From: Octopus vulgaris
Lineage: Eukaryota
Length of the DNA stretch: 64,000 nt
Assembly (NCBI GenBank): GCA_951406725.2
Contig: OX597824.1
Location: 97,030,001-97,094,000, forward strand
Reading direction: 5' to 3'
The notes under the pieces were generated by a model, which worked only from the letters and a program-made list of their open reading frames with translations, did no database searches and had not been told where the DNA came from. Made by a program: the position numbers and the translations under genes. This document shows positions 13,980 to 27,584 of this stretch, piece by piece; positions within the stretch are counted from its first letter, which is position 1, and the number at the start of each line of letters is the position of its first letter.

Positions 13980-14590
13980 GAGCTTTCATGCATAAGACAT
14001 TGAAATGTGGTTCCATTTTAAAGAACTGGGAATTTTCTCAGTCGAAATCCACATCACGATTTACCTGGTATTTCTAGCATGCTAGTTTACCTTTTTTAAA
14101 GATCATATTGTGTCTACCATTACGGTTTTATGGCACATGGAATTGGAAAGGTCAACGTTGGCACGAGTTGGATTTGAACTCAAAACGTCTCGAGACAATA
14201 TAAAAAATCCGAAATATATAAATTAATGTACCCGACACTCTACCGATTATATTATCTCTACCCCTCAGTTGACACAGAGAATGTTTTGGAGCGTACTGTA
14301 GAGGAAGGATTGTCTGGTCCCCAACATAGCAGCATGCACGATACTCGTGGTAAGATTTGAACCTGTGAAATTTGGCATTGCGTGTAAAATATTGCCGTAA
14401 CCATTCGACCATTGTTCGACTGTGTATTAGAGCTAGTCTACTTCATCATTGGCGAATAAATTAAGATATACTTGCAGCATGAGAATCTTGGAATTATGCC
14501 AAGTTAGCAGGCGAGCAAAGAGCTACACTGCATTACTCGAGGTAGGTTTGTATGCGTGAAAGTGGAAAGACAGTTGGATATATGTGTGTG

Positions 14591-14639
<49 letters not shown>

Positions 14640-15513
14640 GTGTGTGTGTATATATAAATACATGTGTACATACATAGATTCATACATACATATATACATG
14701 TACAAACACACACGCGCACGCACGCACGCACACACACATGTACACAAACACATGTGCATACAAAATATACACATATATGCACAATATATATATATATATA
14801 TATAAGAATAAAGGCATGTATGTATATTCATATTGCTATACATATTCAATTATTTTTATTTCATAAACCTTGCAACAGATACATCATCACCATCATCATC
14901 TACTACATCGTCATCACCGTCGTCGTCGCCATCATCATCATCATCATCACCACCACCACCAATATCAACGACAACAGCATGGAAAGCGGCCACAATAAAA
15001 AAAAAGATTCCATCAACAACTATCTCTGCTGACGCCATGATGAACATCAGTCAACAACGAGCCACATTTGGAGCCTTCATATAGACGCTTGACCTTCTAG
15101 AAATAACAACCAAATGCTCTTGGATAAAACACCGAGCGTCTTTAATGCTGAGAGCCACGTTGTGCTATGTGGTCCTTGATTTACAATGTCCAAGATAGAA
15201 GGGGAATGTCAAGGCTGGAATGTCTTCAGTCAGGACTGCTCAGTTGGTGCAGCAGTATCAACAGCAACGAGAAGCCTCTATTTCGTCACTGGAATAGCTA
15301 AAAATAACAGCCAGTTCCCACTCACATCATGCACGAAACATTTTTTTCTTGAAAACAAGGACAACGTATATATTTTCCTTTATTCTGCACGTGTTCCAAT
15401 TATCAGATTGTAGCCATACTGGGGCATCGGTTTGGAGAATTTTTGTCGAGCGACATAAAGACACACACACACACACACACACGCACGCACACACACAAAC
15501 ACACACACACATG

Positions 15514-15577
<64 letters not shown>

Positions 15578-15589
15578 CACATATGTACA

Positions 15590-15746
15590 TACGCCGGGCT
15601 TTGAGTTTCCGTGTTCGATATCCAAGGCTTTCATCGGCTCGAGACTATAGAAAAAGACACGTGTCCAAGGTGCCACGCAGTGGGTCTGAATCTGGAATCT
15701 TGTGGTCAAGGAGCAGACATCTTACCATTCAGCCACACCTGCACCT
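15590..15746 (-). mobile_element. SINE type A head
   Basis: ccaaggtgccacgcagtggg...cttacca..cagccacacctgcacc. Confidence 0.8.
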
Positions 15747-16334
15747 GCTCAGATTTTAAAAAAGACTGGATGGTTACAATAGAAATAACTTTGATCATGT
15801 GACTGGTCGATCAGGACTGACCCTTGGGCAAACAACAACAACGATCATTGATACCATCGTTAGCACTTTTGTCCTTACTAACATCTTGACCATTCTGCAG
15901 TTTGGTTATGTGTTCCAAATCCACGCCCTCCTTAGAACTACATATGCAGAGATCTTTTAGACCTTAGGTATATTTAAAACACTCCAAGAACCAAAGAAAT
16001 ATCCTCAAAGAAGTCAGTTGATTCTTCAGAACAAGTAGCCTCCTTCTCATAGAAGACCATTGTTTTAAATAAAGAAGCACATTAATATTGTCCTACGTCA
16101 CAGTAAGGAATTCTTTGGTCGTAGTTCTGTTGGATGAGAGGGGAATGGGACTAGAAATAAACAAACCCACTCAAACAAGCCCTTGTCTACAGCCGCTTCC
16201 TAAAACGTTGTACCAATCCCTTTCAGCGAATATCTTCAAAACTCCAAAAACACGATTACAATATGATCAAAGACTTAAAAGAAGAATCTGCGTGTGTGCA
16301 TGAGATATCTTTTTTTGTTTTTGTTTTTGATTGT

Positions 16335-16540
16335 TTCAGACATTAGACCGTGGCCATGCTAGAGCACCGTCTTGAAGAACTTTTAGTCGAGCGAACAGAC
16401 CCGAGTACTTCTGTTTTCTTTTAAGACAAGTACTTATTCTATCGGTCTCTGCTAAGTTACGTAAACACGCAAACACTGGTTGCCAAGTGGTGGTTGGGGT
16501 CAAAGAGAGAGACAAAGACACATACACACACACGCATACA
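16335..16540 (-). mobile_element. SINE type A tail half
   Basis: ggccatgctagagcacc...tacttattctatcggtctc..gctaagttacg. Confidence 0.75.
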
Positions 16541-16546
16541 CACACT

Positions 16547-18160
16547 TTTATTCTTTTATATGTCTCAGCCTTGAGACTGCGGCCATGCTGGGGCACCATT
16601 AGTGTAATCACCTTTTAATAGGTCAATTCTATGGGTTTGGCTTTTGGTAAAGGAGGGTGTTCGATACTGTTGCCCTCTTTTGAGTTTCCTGTCTTCATAT
16701 TGGTTCATGTCGGATCTTGGATAGTAAGAGGTCAAGTTGTTTCTTGAAAACAACTCCTCCCACTCCATGGATATCTCTCAGATGTTTGGCAAGGAGTTAA
16801 ATAGCCGTGGGCCCTTGAATCCCAAGCCGTTGCAGTACATGGTCTTCGCTTTAGATGACACAGCTGGGACTTTTGGAAAAGTGAAGCGACATCTATTTTG
16901 AGGTCTGGTTTAGCACTCAATTCCAAAGTTTGATGCCAGCTCCTCCAGTATCTTCCATACATATATCACTGCATATCTCTCCCGTCTTCGCTCCAGGGAG
17001 TAGAGTCGTGGCTCTTTCAGTCTCTCCCAGTTGCTCAGCTGTTCCATTGATGCAACCTTCCTCATGTAATATCATTGAACCGCCTCAAGTTCTACTATTA
17101 AATCCTACAGTGTAAGATGACCACAGTTGAGAGCAGTAGTCTAGACGGCTAGGGACAAATGTCCTCCACAGGACCGGCATAGTTTCCTGGTCCCTTGTTC
17201 TGAATCCATCCGACCATTCGCCTGCATGCTGCCACCATCTTGGTGACATGCATGTGAAACAAGGCATCCTTGCTCATATCAAGATCACGCACCGTATGTG
17301 ATTCTAGGATTTCCGCTCTTTATGGTCCGAAGTATCGTTGTTGTGACTACTGAGCACCAATTAGCTGGGAGCGGAGGGCTGGGAATTTGCCTGCATTAAA
17401 TTGCATGTTGTTGTCCTAAGCTCATTTATATAAGGTATCTTGGTCTTTCTGTAGAAGATTAGCATCAGAAGGTTCCTTGACTGTTTGTACTACTTTCGTG
17501 TCGTCAGCATAGCTAGTAAGTGTGGATGTCTGTGTAACTGGTGGTATGTCTGAAAGAGCGACCATGAACAGTAGTGGCCCCAGTACAGATCACTGATGCA
17601 CTCCACTTTCTATTAATGTCTCCACAGAGAGGGCTCTGTTGGCTGCTACAGCTTGGCTTCTGTCTCTTAAGAAGTCATGCAACCACTCTCCAATTTCCCC
17701 TGAGTATCTGTAGTTTGTGACATATCACTCCATCATCCCACGATCAAACTTATCAAAGGCCTTTGTAAAGTCAAAATGTATCCCATCTACATTTGAACGA
17801 TTCATTAATTCCTTCAACACCCAGTCATAGAGTTGCAAAAGCTGTGTAAGGCAGCTTCTGCCTGAGCGGAAGTCATGCTGGGTGTCCGGAAGCAAGTCAT
17901 TATCTTTAAGGAACGCAATTAGTTTCTTTCTGACAATCTGCTCCATGACTTTGCTGACATGGGAAGTTAGAGAGACAGGTCTATAATTCTTAGCGTCTGC
18001 TCTGCTAACTACCTTATGGATGGGGCATATTATGCCTTTAACTTTTTGGGAAGTCTCCTTATTGTGTGGAAGCTCTAGAAGAGAATCGAAAGTCGTCTAG
18101 CTAGAGTTCCTTTGCATTTCTATGGGAGGATTCCTGGGAATCCATCAGGGCCTGTTGCTA
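16547..18160 (-). pseudogene. 5'-truncated CR1-group LINE ORF2 (reverse transcriptase) with 3' tail
   Basis: GPDG, NYRPVSLTSHVSKVMEQIV, QHDFRSGRSCLTQLL, DFTKAFDK, VLGPLLF, YADDTK (YADD at 17500-17511), SRLDYCSQLWS; stops and frameshifts present. Confidence 0.93.
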
Positions 18161-18957
18161 AGTTTGTCCGCCGTTCAGAGGTAACCTGGGGTTAAACAGC
18201 AACCACAAAACAACAGCAGCAACAACGACAACAATGATGACGATAACAAGGACAACAACAACAACAAAGGTTAGTACTGGCACAGGCTGACGAAGTATAG
18301 TCAATACGCTTGTTTGATATGCGAGAAATAGCTGCCAAATACCCCTAAGATTACAATATTCTGTCTTCAATAGCGAAAGGGCAAATTAATACTATCAACA
18401 ATATTGGTTGGTTATAGGTGGAATGTTTTTGATCAGAGGTCTGTTCAATCAAATCCACCTGGGGCTAAGCAACAACAAAATCAATATACAACTCCGCCCA
18501 CCACCACCAGCACCATCACCCTAACAGCAACAACAACCATTAACACCATTACGAAATGTCACGTTAGCATTTGCAGCATCTGTAAACTTGCCAACTCCAT
18601 CTTTGCGCATCATTATCTTTCAACAGTGAAGTTAGCTGCCACAGTTTTTACCCTGTATGTTTGCTTGATTGTTTGCATTAATGTCCACTTTGCTATCGAC
18701 AGAAATTATTAATAAATTAAAGCAGTATTTGACAGAAATGGAAGTGGATGTATTTAGGTATATTATATTACTTTCTGAGCTCAAATCATGCCCACACCAA
18801 ATTTGCTATTCATCTGTGCAAAGTCATTAAGATAAAGCACTGGTCAAGTACTGAGGTCAGTGCAATCAAATATATTTTCTTCACGCCAAGCGAAAACCAA
18901 GAGTGTCACAGTGTACCTTGGTCTGAAATTAACATTCATATCAAAACTTTATGATGC

Positions 18958-19022
18958 GTATACTGGGCTTCGTATATTTGTACCCCAGTGACATTTTGAT
19001 GGCATGAGCTGCTCTCTTGCTC

Positions 19023-19081
<59 letters not shown>

Positions 19082-19360
19082 ATGCCCTGATGCAGTACCA
19101 GGCACTGCCTCTCATGGCTTCTGATATTAACTGATTGGATGTCTAATCATGTACAATATTTTGTTTTGGTATAAAAGATGGGCTACAGCAAATATTCTGC
19201 TCAATACCATGGACTTGCTTGTCAATTGCTTGACCATAAGAAGCTGAGTATGTCAGTTGAGCTGGCTGACAATATATGCACCTCTGATCATCGCCATTTA
19301 TTGAGAAAGGAATTTCTTTGGAGTTTGAATAATTCGCCTCTGGAAACATGGGTGGTTCGT
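18958..19360 (+). mobile_element. Two older fragments of the (AAT)n-element family in tandem: 3' end 18958-19022, (AAT)n, then 19081-19360
   Basis: Homology to 5466-5962; 19081-19175 extends 5' of copies 1 and 2; the hairpin is absent. Confidence 0.85.
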
Positions 19361-19432
19361 TCATTGATACACCCCCTCCCACCAAAATGGCTGTCCTTGT
19401 GGCAAAATTTGAAACCGTTATTATTATTATAA

Positions 19433-19650
19433 AGGTGGTGAGCTGGCAGAATCGTTAGCACGCCGGGCGAAATGCTTAGCGGTATTTCGCCCGTCGCTAA
19501 GTTCTGAGTTCAAATTCCACCGAGGTTGACTTTGCCTTTCATTCTTTCAGAGTCGATAAATTAAGTACCAGTGAAATACCGAGGTAGGTGTAATCGACCA
19601 GTCCCCTCTCCCCAAATTCCAAGCCTTGAGTAGTAAGGATTATTATTTTC
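19433..19650 (+). mobile_element. SINE type B
   Basis: ggtggtgagctggcagaatcgttagcacgccgggcgaaatg...gagttcaaattcc; (ATT)n tail. Confidence 0.9.
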
Positions 19651-19695
19651 TCCCCAAATGTTAGGTGTCTTTAGTAGAAAGAATTATTATTATTA

Positions 19696-19772
<77 letters not shown>

Positions 19773-20268
19773 GAGTGAGAGAGCTGTGTATGCCATCAAA
19801 GTGACACTGGGGTAAAATATACGAAGCCCAGTATACCCATCATGACTACCCGTCTCATAAGGTACACCCGGCACATGCATCACAACCATATGTGTGCGAC
19901 ATGGTGACCTCATATCAAGATAAACAGCGCATGACCTTGTAGGTGGGGCCCAGTTAGAATTTTCTTCTGGTCGAGTAACCCATCCTGCTCAAATGGTCCC
20001 TGAATAAGGGCTGTTTAAGGATGTTAAACGAAACACCCATGTTTCCAGAGGTGAATTATTCAAACCCCCAAAAATCCCTCTCAACATATGTGCATCTCTG
20101 ATCACGAGCAGAAGTAGTGGGGGAGCATCATAGCTCCCCCACTACTTCTGCTCGTGATCAGAGATGCACATATCGTCAGTCACTAAGGGACATGCTCAAC
20201 TGGTTAAGGTCAAGCAACTGACAAGCAAATCTGTGGTACTGAGCAGAATATTTGCTGTGGCCCATCTT
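19773..20268 (-). mobile_element. (AAT)n-embedded element, copy 2, with perfect 41-bp hairpin at 20086-20173
   Basis: Reverse complement of 5466-5962 with the same two end points. Confidence 0.9.
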
Positions 20269-20281
20269 ATTATTATTATTA

Positions 20282-20336
<55 letters not shown>

Positions 20337-20692
20337 GCACCACTTGTTGTAATGACATCTTTTGAGTAGCTGCAGTATTAGTAATAATAGCATTGCTACT
20401 ACACCAACATCACCGTCACTCACACATACACACCCCACCAATACCACAACTTGTACATTACCTTCACCATCTCTCAATAACCGAAACCGCCACCGAAACA
20501 TACCACTGAAACCATCAAATGAGAACAACACTAACAATAACAGCAAGAACACTAGCGTTAGTAATTGTTGTCGCTAAGGTTCCTTCTCGCAAAACCAATC
20601 ACAAGCTTACATACGCTACCACCAAAATATATCACCACCACCATCACCACCATCATCACTAACAGCAGTAGCACAACAAGCACAAATAATTG

Positions 20693-20727
<35 letters not shown>

Positions 20728-21559
20728 GTTCGTTATAACAACACTGCAGAGACCACCCCAAACAGGAACGCCGCATACCCCTGCATGCAGACGTTGCAAA
20801 ACAAAATATAAATAAACAATAAATATAAACGAAACAAAATGTCCGACTTTGGCTTCCGGCCCGACATTCGCTATGACCCATATCGAAATTGCAAAAATAT
20901 AAAAAAATGTAAATCAAATTACAAAAAAAAAAAAAACGTAAATAAATATAACAAAATCAACAACGAAACAACCATATTTCTCTTCCTTTCTCTCTCTCTT
21001 CTTTCTCTCTCTCTCTTCATTTCCATTCTTTCTCTCTCTCTCTCTGTTTCCCTCTTTTTGTTTTCATATTTTCCCCTTGCCTTACGATACTTGGCGAATC
21101 GCCACACAAACTTACTGTCTTACCAATACGAACAACGAACCACCCGACCAACCGACTAACCGAACAGCTGAACAACCGACCGAAGCAAGCAGCCAATCAG
21201 CCAACCGGTGGTCGCCATTCCTTTTACTCCTCCCACTTCCCGTCGTGCATTTACGATCAGGTATGGAAGGATGCATGCGTGTATGTGCGTGTAGGCATGT
21301 GTGCATGCGTGAATTCATGTGCTTGCGTGTGTGCGTGTGTGCACAAACAGATAGGGAGATAGATAAAGGTAGATAAGCGTATGTCTGGGACCTTTCACGT
21401 ACACGGTCAGAAAGACTCGCGCAAGCACACGCACTCTCCCCTTTCGCTCTTATGCACACGCGCACACACAGGCATATATATATATATACAGAGATAGAGA
21501 AAGAGAGAGAAACAGAGAGGCAGAGTGATAGCGGCAGAAAATTGTTACATATATATATA

Positions 21560-22000
<441 letters not shown>

Positions 22001-22519
22001 AGAGAGAGAGAGAGAAGAAATTGGTCGTCCTGTTGAGAATTCGGGATGTATACTGCTATTGACTCTAAGGCAGGAAATAAATACAACCTAATTAGCAGTT
22101 TTATGCAAAATAAGAAACTTATATGTAAATTATATGAGGTTGTGTGAATGCACAAGCGTTTCCAATATGGCGTTTAATAGTTTCCGGAATTACGTTGATC
22201 AGAGGCGAAGATTCTATGAAAAGAAGGAAAGACATCGAATATCTGGATTGTGTTCCACATCTGACTGCGATGAGAAGATTAAGGAACGGGTGTATATCAG
22301 ATGAGTAGCGTTTCACATAATGTTCACGTGTCTATTGAACGCAGACTTATATACATCTACCTATAAATAAACAGACACACACACACACGTGTATGCGTGT
22401 GTTTGTGAGTGTATATGTATGTGAATTTATATTAATGTGGTGCTCCAGCATGGCTGCAGTCAAATGTCTGAAACAAGTAAAAGAATATATATACATATGT
22501 ATGTAAGTATGTAAGTATG

Positions 22520-23427
22520 TATGGTCATCCCATAACTAATGCGGTTTTTTCAATTGTATGGACTAGACTAAGAGTCAGATGGGGACGGGATAAGCTTCCT
22601 GCATCAACTTGCTACAAATGCGGGTAGTAATTTTATTTTGGTCTTATTCTTAGTGCAAGTTCTAAAGAGTGCTGTTCGATTTTATCGGTTATTTTTTCAA
22701 AGCTATAATGGAAGTGACTAAGGAGCATATTCGACATATTTTTCTTCATGAGTTCAATAAAGGCAACAGCGTAACGGAAACTGCAAGGAATATTAATGCA
22801 GTATATGAAGATCGGACAACATGTGTAAGCCAGTATCAGCGGTGGTTCCAGAAATTCCGAGCCGAAAACTACAGCCTAGAAGATGAGCCACGTCGTGGAA
22901 GATCTGTAGAGCTTGATGAGGACAGCTGGCAAACCCTGGTGAAACAAAATCCCATTGTAACTGTTGAGGAACTAGCAGAGAAGCTTGGATTTGGTTAGTC
23001 AACCATTCATTGTCACCTGTATGCTATCAGAAAAGTCAGCAAATTGGGTCAATGGGTTCCTCACAAACCTTCTGAGTCTAATCACATGCAGATAGTGAAT
23101 ATGTGCTCTTCTTTGCTGCCACATCTCATGAATGAACCTTTTTTTGTGACTGGTGATGAGAAATGGGTTCTCTATAAAAATGTCAAGTGCCGAAGACAGT
23201 GGGTAGGGAAAGGAGAAACACTGGCACCCCAGGCTAAAGAAGATCTTCACCCACATAAGGAGTTATTATCTGTTTGATGGGATATGAAAGGTTTAGTTGA
23301 CTTTGAACTTTTAAACCCAAACCAAATGATAACAAAGGAGATCTACTGGGAACAGCTTGAGTGGCTTAAGTCAGCTCCTGAAGCAAAATGACCATATTTG
23401 GTTTCAAGATGAAAGGTGTTCTTCCAT
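22520..23427 (+). pseudogene. Mariner element: probable 5' TIR from ~22522 and transposase pseudogene from ATG 22708, 3'-truncated
   Basis: HTH (ETARNINAVY..QRWFQKFR..LEDEPRRGR), WVPH, VTGDEKW and LLSV*WDMKG; one frame with in-frame stops; breaks off before the second catalytic Asp. Confidence 0.93.
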
Positions 23428-24352
23428 CTCCTCTCCAGAGGTCCAGTCCGTCTCGAAGTTTAGGCAACCAGCAGAAGCAGTTTGCTAGAGAGTGGCTCAG
23501 GTTGGTCTCGGAACCAAAAGTAAGGGTCAGGCGAGAACCAGATTATTCATCCGTCCCTAAGGATGTTGATGTCGGAAATTGAGGTATAACCTCTACCCGA
23601 ACACCCTATTCGCTGTGTATAATATGTATGTGTCTAGCAACACATGTGTGAAAATAAGTTGTGATGTATTGATGGAAAGAGCGAGGGGGAAAGAGATAGA
23701 GTGGTTGATGGATATTGAGAAATGGTGTAACATTCTTGTCTTCCAGCATCGCCGCCGACGCCGCCACCTCCAACCCACCATCGTTATGACCATTAGCACC
23801 ACCAGCACCGCCACCGCCACCTCGACCGCACCCATCACAATCGCAATAATTAGCTACACAAATGCCACGACACTATCGTCATCACCGCAACCGTTATCGC
23901 CAACACCATATTCAAGCTTAAATTTTTGCATCATCGTCATCATCATCATCATCATCATCATCAACAACAACACTCCAGCCGTGAATAACACCACCACCAA
24001 CAACAACAACGGCGACAACAACACCAGCATCACCACTAGCATCACCAAATAGCATCACCAAGAACACTAAAATCAACACTGTCACCACCGACACCGCCAT
24101 ACTGACAATCTTCATCATCATCATCATCATCATAGGCATATCTTTTTCCCAGATTATTTCTTTTATATCGATCACCTATCATCTCTAATTTATCCACTTC
24201 TGTATTATATTGATATATTATGTAGATATATGAGGACTTTATAAAAAAAATTCTGTGTTAACATAAGCGAAAGCAATCAACAACATGAACAGCAAAAAGA
24301 AGATGAAGAAGGAGGAGAAGGAGGAGTTCGATATTATGTGTATATATTATCG

Positions 24353-24438
<86 letters not shown>

Positions 24439-24685
24439 CATTCACATTCTACGAGTGAAATATAGATCATAAAATGATATAGTCCGTTAATGAAAATACA
24501 TTGTAAGTACAAATTTGATGCACATTAATTGTTCAGCATTCTTCAGAAGACAAATGTCTTTCCGTTACTTCGTTTCATACAGAGAACACGCAAAGCAATC
24601 CTAACATGACAACCATCCATCAAAAAGTTTGACTGACGTTAAATGCAGTGGTACAGAAAGAATTGTAACTGGTCATTGAATCTCT

Positions 24686-24885
24686 ACATACATGCATACA
24701 TACATACACACATTAACACACACACATACATACATACATAAATACATACATACATACATACGTACATACATACATACGTACGTACATACATACATACATA
24801 CATACATACTTACATACTTACATACATACGTACGTACATACATACGTATATACATACATACTTACATACATACATACATACATAC

Positions 24886-24916
<31 letters not shown>

Positions 24917-24930
24917 CATACATACATACA

Positions 24931-24964
<34 letters not shown>

Positions 24965-25020
24965 CATACATACATACATACATACATACATACATACATA
25001 CATACATACATACATACATA
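24686..25020. repeat. (ACAT)n microsatellite
   Basis: Direct reading. Confidence 0.95.
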
Positions 25021-25022
25021 GT

Positions 25023-25345
25023 TGCCCAGTGGATTTTAACATAAAACTGAAGATCAGTGCAAAAGAGAACATCTATGTTGATCTGTAGAGAAATCTGCGG
25101 TTACTCTATCCATATTACAAGTTCAAGTTTATACCAGTAGTTATTGGGGCCCTGGGATATGTAAAGCACTGCCCAAATACCAATCTTGAGAAATTAAGCT
25201 TCTCAAAACCTGAAAGGAGAAAACTAATTCGAAGACTACAGATCCAATCCATCAGTGGAACGGTAAAAATCTGTAGGACTTTCCAGAAGTTTATCATTTA
25301 AATATAAATGAGCATGTCTAGATACGCAACTATATGCAAGATGTT
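25023..25345 (+). pseudogene. C-terminus and 3' UTR of an RLE-type (R4/Dong-like) non-LTR element
   Basis: CPVDFNIKLKISAKENIY..L*..YKFKFIPVVIGALGYV...LQIQSISGTVKICRTF, stop at 25299-25301; the KE..Y..L and PVVIGALG motifs are typical of the RLE domain. Confidence 0.85.
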
Positions 25346-25696
25346 TCTTAGAGAGAAATGCATTTAAGGAATTGTCTTGCCCGATCACGAGTCGTCTTAC
25401 ACCATGTGTGTAGGTATTTATATATGTATGTATGTGTGTATGCATGTGTGTGAGCGTGTGTGTGCGTGTGTGTGCGTGTGTGTGTGTATGTAAGTATGTA
25501 TATATGTATTTTTATATCTATGTACGTATGTATGGAAGTCAGACGTGACAGGATACTCTGTATAGCAATGAAGTGAATTGCGAGTAACCACCCGTTTTCT
25601 GGTAAGTATAATATTCTGGTACATGTGTTGGATTCAGTTTCTTTCGTTTGTACACATAGATCTCGACAGATAGAGCTAGCCAGCAAGTTATCTGGG

Positions 25697-25754
<58 letters not shown>

Positions 25755-26349
25755 AGAGATAACTCTATCGATGTAGAGATATGAAGTGATTGGTGTGTCC
25801 TCGTAAAGTCTACTAAACGAACTGTGTTGGTAGTGACGTTGAAACAATGAGACGGATATGAGCTTTGAAGGAAATTTATTGAATTCATCGAAGATTCGAT
25901 CAGAAATGAAGAATTATGAAATAGGAGAGGGTGAGGCACCATTCGCAGCGCTTCTCTATCTCACTGGTTCACCCGGGCTTTCTTTCTACTCCATCTTCTC
26001 TTTTACAACATCGCCTTGTCTAACACCGCACTGCCCACATTCTCAACCGCCACAATACCTTTAATCATCACCCAACCACCCCAACCACCACAACTACCAC
26101 TCCATTTCCATCAACACCCCATAGCGCTCCCCACCACAATATCAACGCGATTATCGTCAAGTCATCTCCCCCACTGAACCACTGGCGCCATCATCATCGT
26201 CCCACCACATCCAACAAAACCACGCCACCGCCTCCAAAGAACTTCATCCTCCCCACATCTTCAGCACAGCTCTACTTCCATCACCATTACGACTACCACC
26301 AGCACGTCAATCACCATCACCGCAACCATCACAACCATTACCATCACTA

Positions 26350-26467
26350 CCATTGAAAAGGTTGCAAGACGCAGCGAAAATTTTAGAAAAATAAATAAAT
26401 GAGTGGAAACTTTACCGGTGAGTGTGTTAAATAATAAGGCACTAAAAGAGAATGACCCTCCCCAGAC

Positions 26468-26478
<11 letters not shown>
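26350..26478 (+). mobile_element. PLE-like remnant with hammerhead-like motif at 26350-26386
   Basis: UUGAAAA-G-GUUGC aagac GCAGC-GAAAAUU-U-UAG; ends at (TA)n. Confidence 0.6.
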
Positions 26479-26524
<46 letters not shown>

Positions 26525-26642
26525 TAGTTACCGTACCGCTGCCGTAGTCTCCTTTAGAGAGACTTAGAAATATTAATATATATATATATATATATGTTTA
26601 TCTATCTGTCTATCTGTCTGAGTGTCTATGTCTGTCTGTCTG

Positions 26643-26685
<43 letters not shown>

Positions 26686-27169
26686 GTCTGTTCTTTGCCA
26701 AATCTATTTACCACTCAATCAATGATTTGATATTCTAGTTCACCTTAGAGAGTAGAGCTTCTCAGATCAGACATGAAACTCATGGGGCAGCGTTGGTTAG
26801 CGTTTCTGATGCAAATTTAGTAATGGATACCTTGACATTAAAACACATGAGAAATCCAAGTTGAAACCGGAAACCACATTCATAATTACTTGAAGAGAAA
26901 TTGGAGAAGATATTTCGATGACTGTTTTGTCTTATAGGAAGAAGGTTTGGAGAGAGACTTTGCATTGGAGACAAAAACATATAGCTTGCTATACAATATC
27001 ACGTGATCACGTGATCGACCAGATTATCGAATGTTGTTAAACATCATTGGCCACTATGCGCTTTGCTCCGTTTTAGCCTTTGAATGATACCACACAGCTT
27101 TATTATTGACAGCAATATTAAAGGAAAAACAAATTCTATTATTATTTTTGCATATCTTCTGTCTTGGAA

Positions 27170-27520
27170 TATTTGGAATATTTTCAACCCTAGCACTTAT
27201 TCCATCGTTCTCTTTTGCAGAAGCGTTAAGTTACGAGGATGTAAACACACCAGCATCGGTTCTGAAGCGGTGGTGGAGAATAAACACGGACACAAAGATA
27301 TCCCCACCACAAACATGCATATATGTGACCGCGTGTGTATCGTTGGCGATTTTCTTTCTCCGCCTTCCCTTCCCTGGATCTTTCCTTTTTCTATGTTTCT
27401 GACGAAGAGCTCCGCTCGAAACGTTAAATCCTCCTTCTTTCTTTCCTTTCCTGAACGTCCAATAACACTATACTGGTTCCACGCCCTCGCGTTGTGTTTT
27501 CTTATTGTTCATGTTTGGAG

Positions 27521-27584
<64 letters not shown>

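Noticed and set aside
22669-23277. Host SETMAR-like gene or active transposase
   Set aside because: Several in-frame stops, truncated catalytic domain and no SET domain
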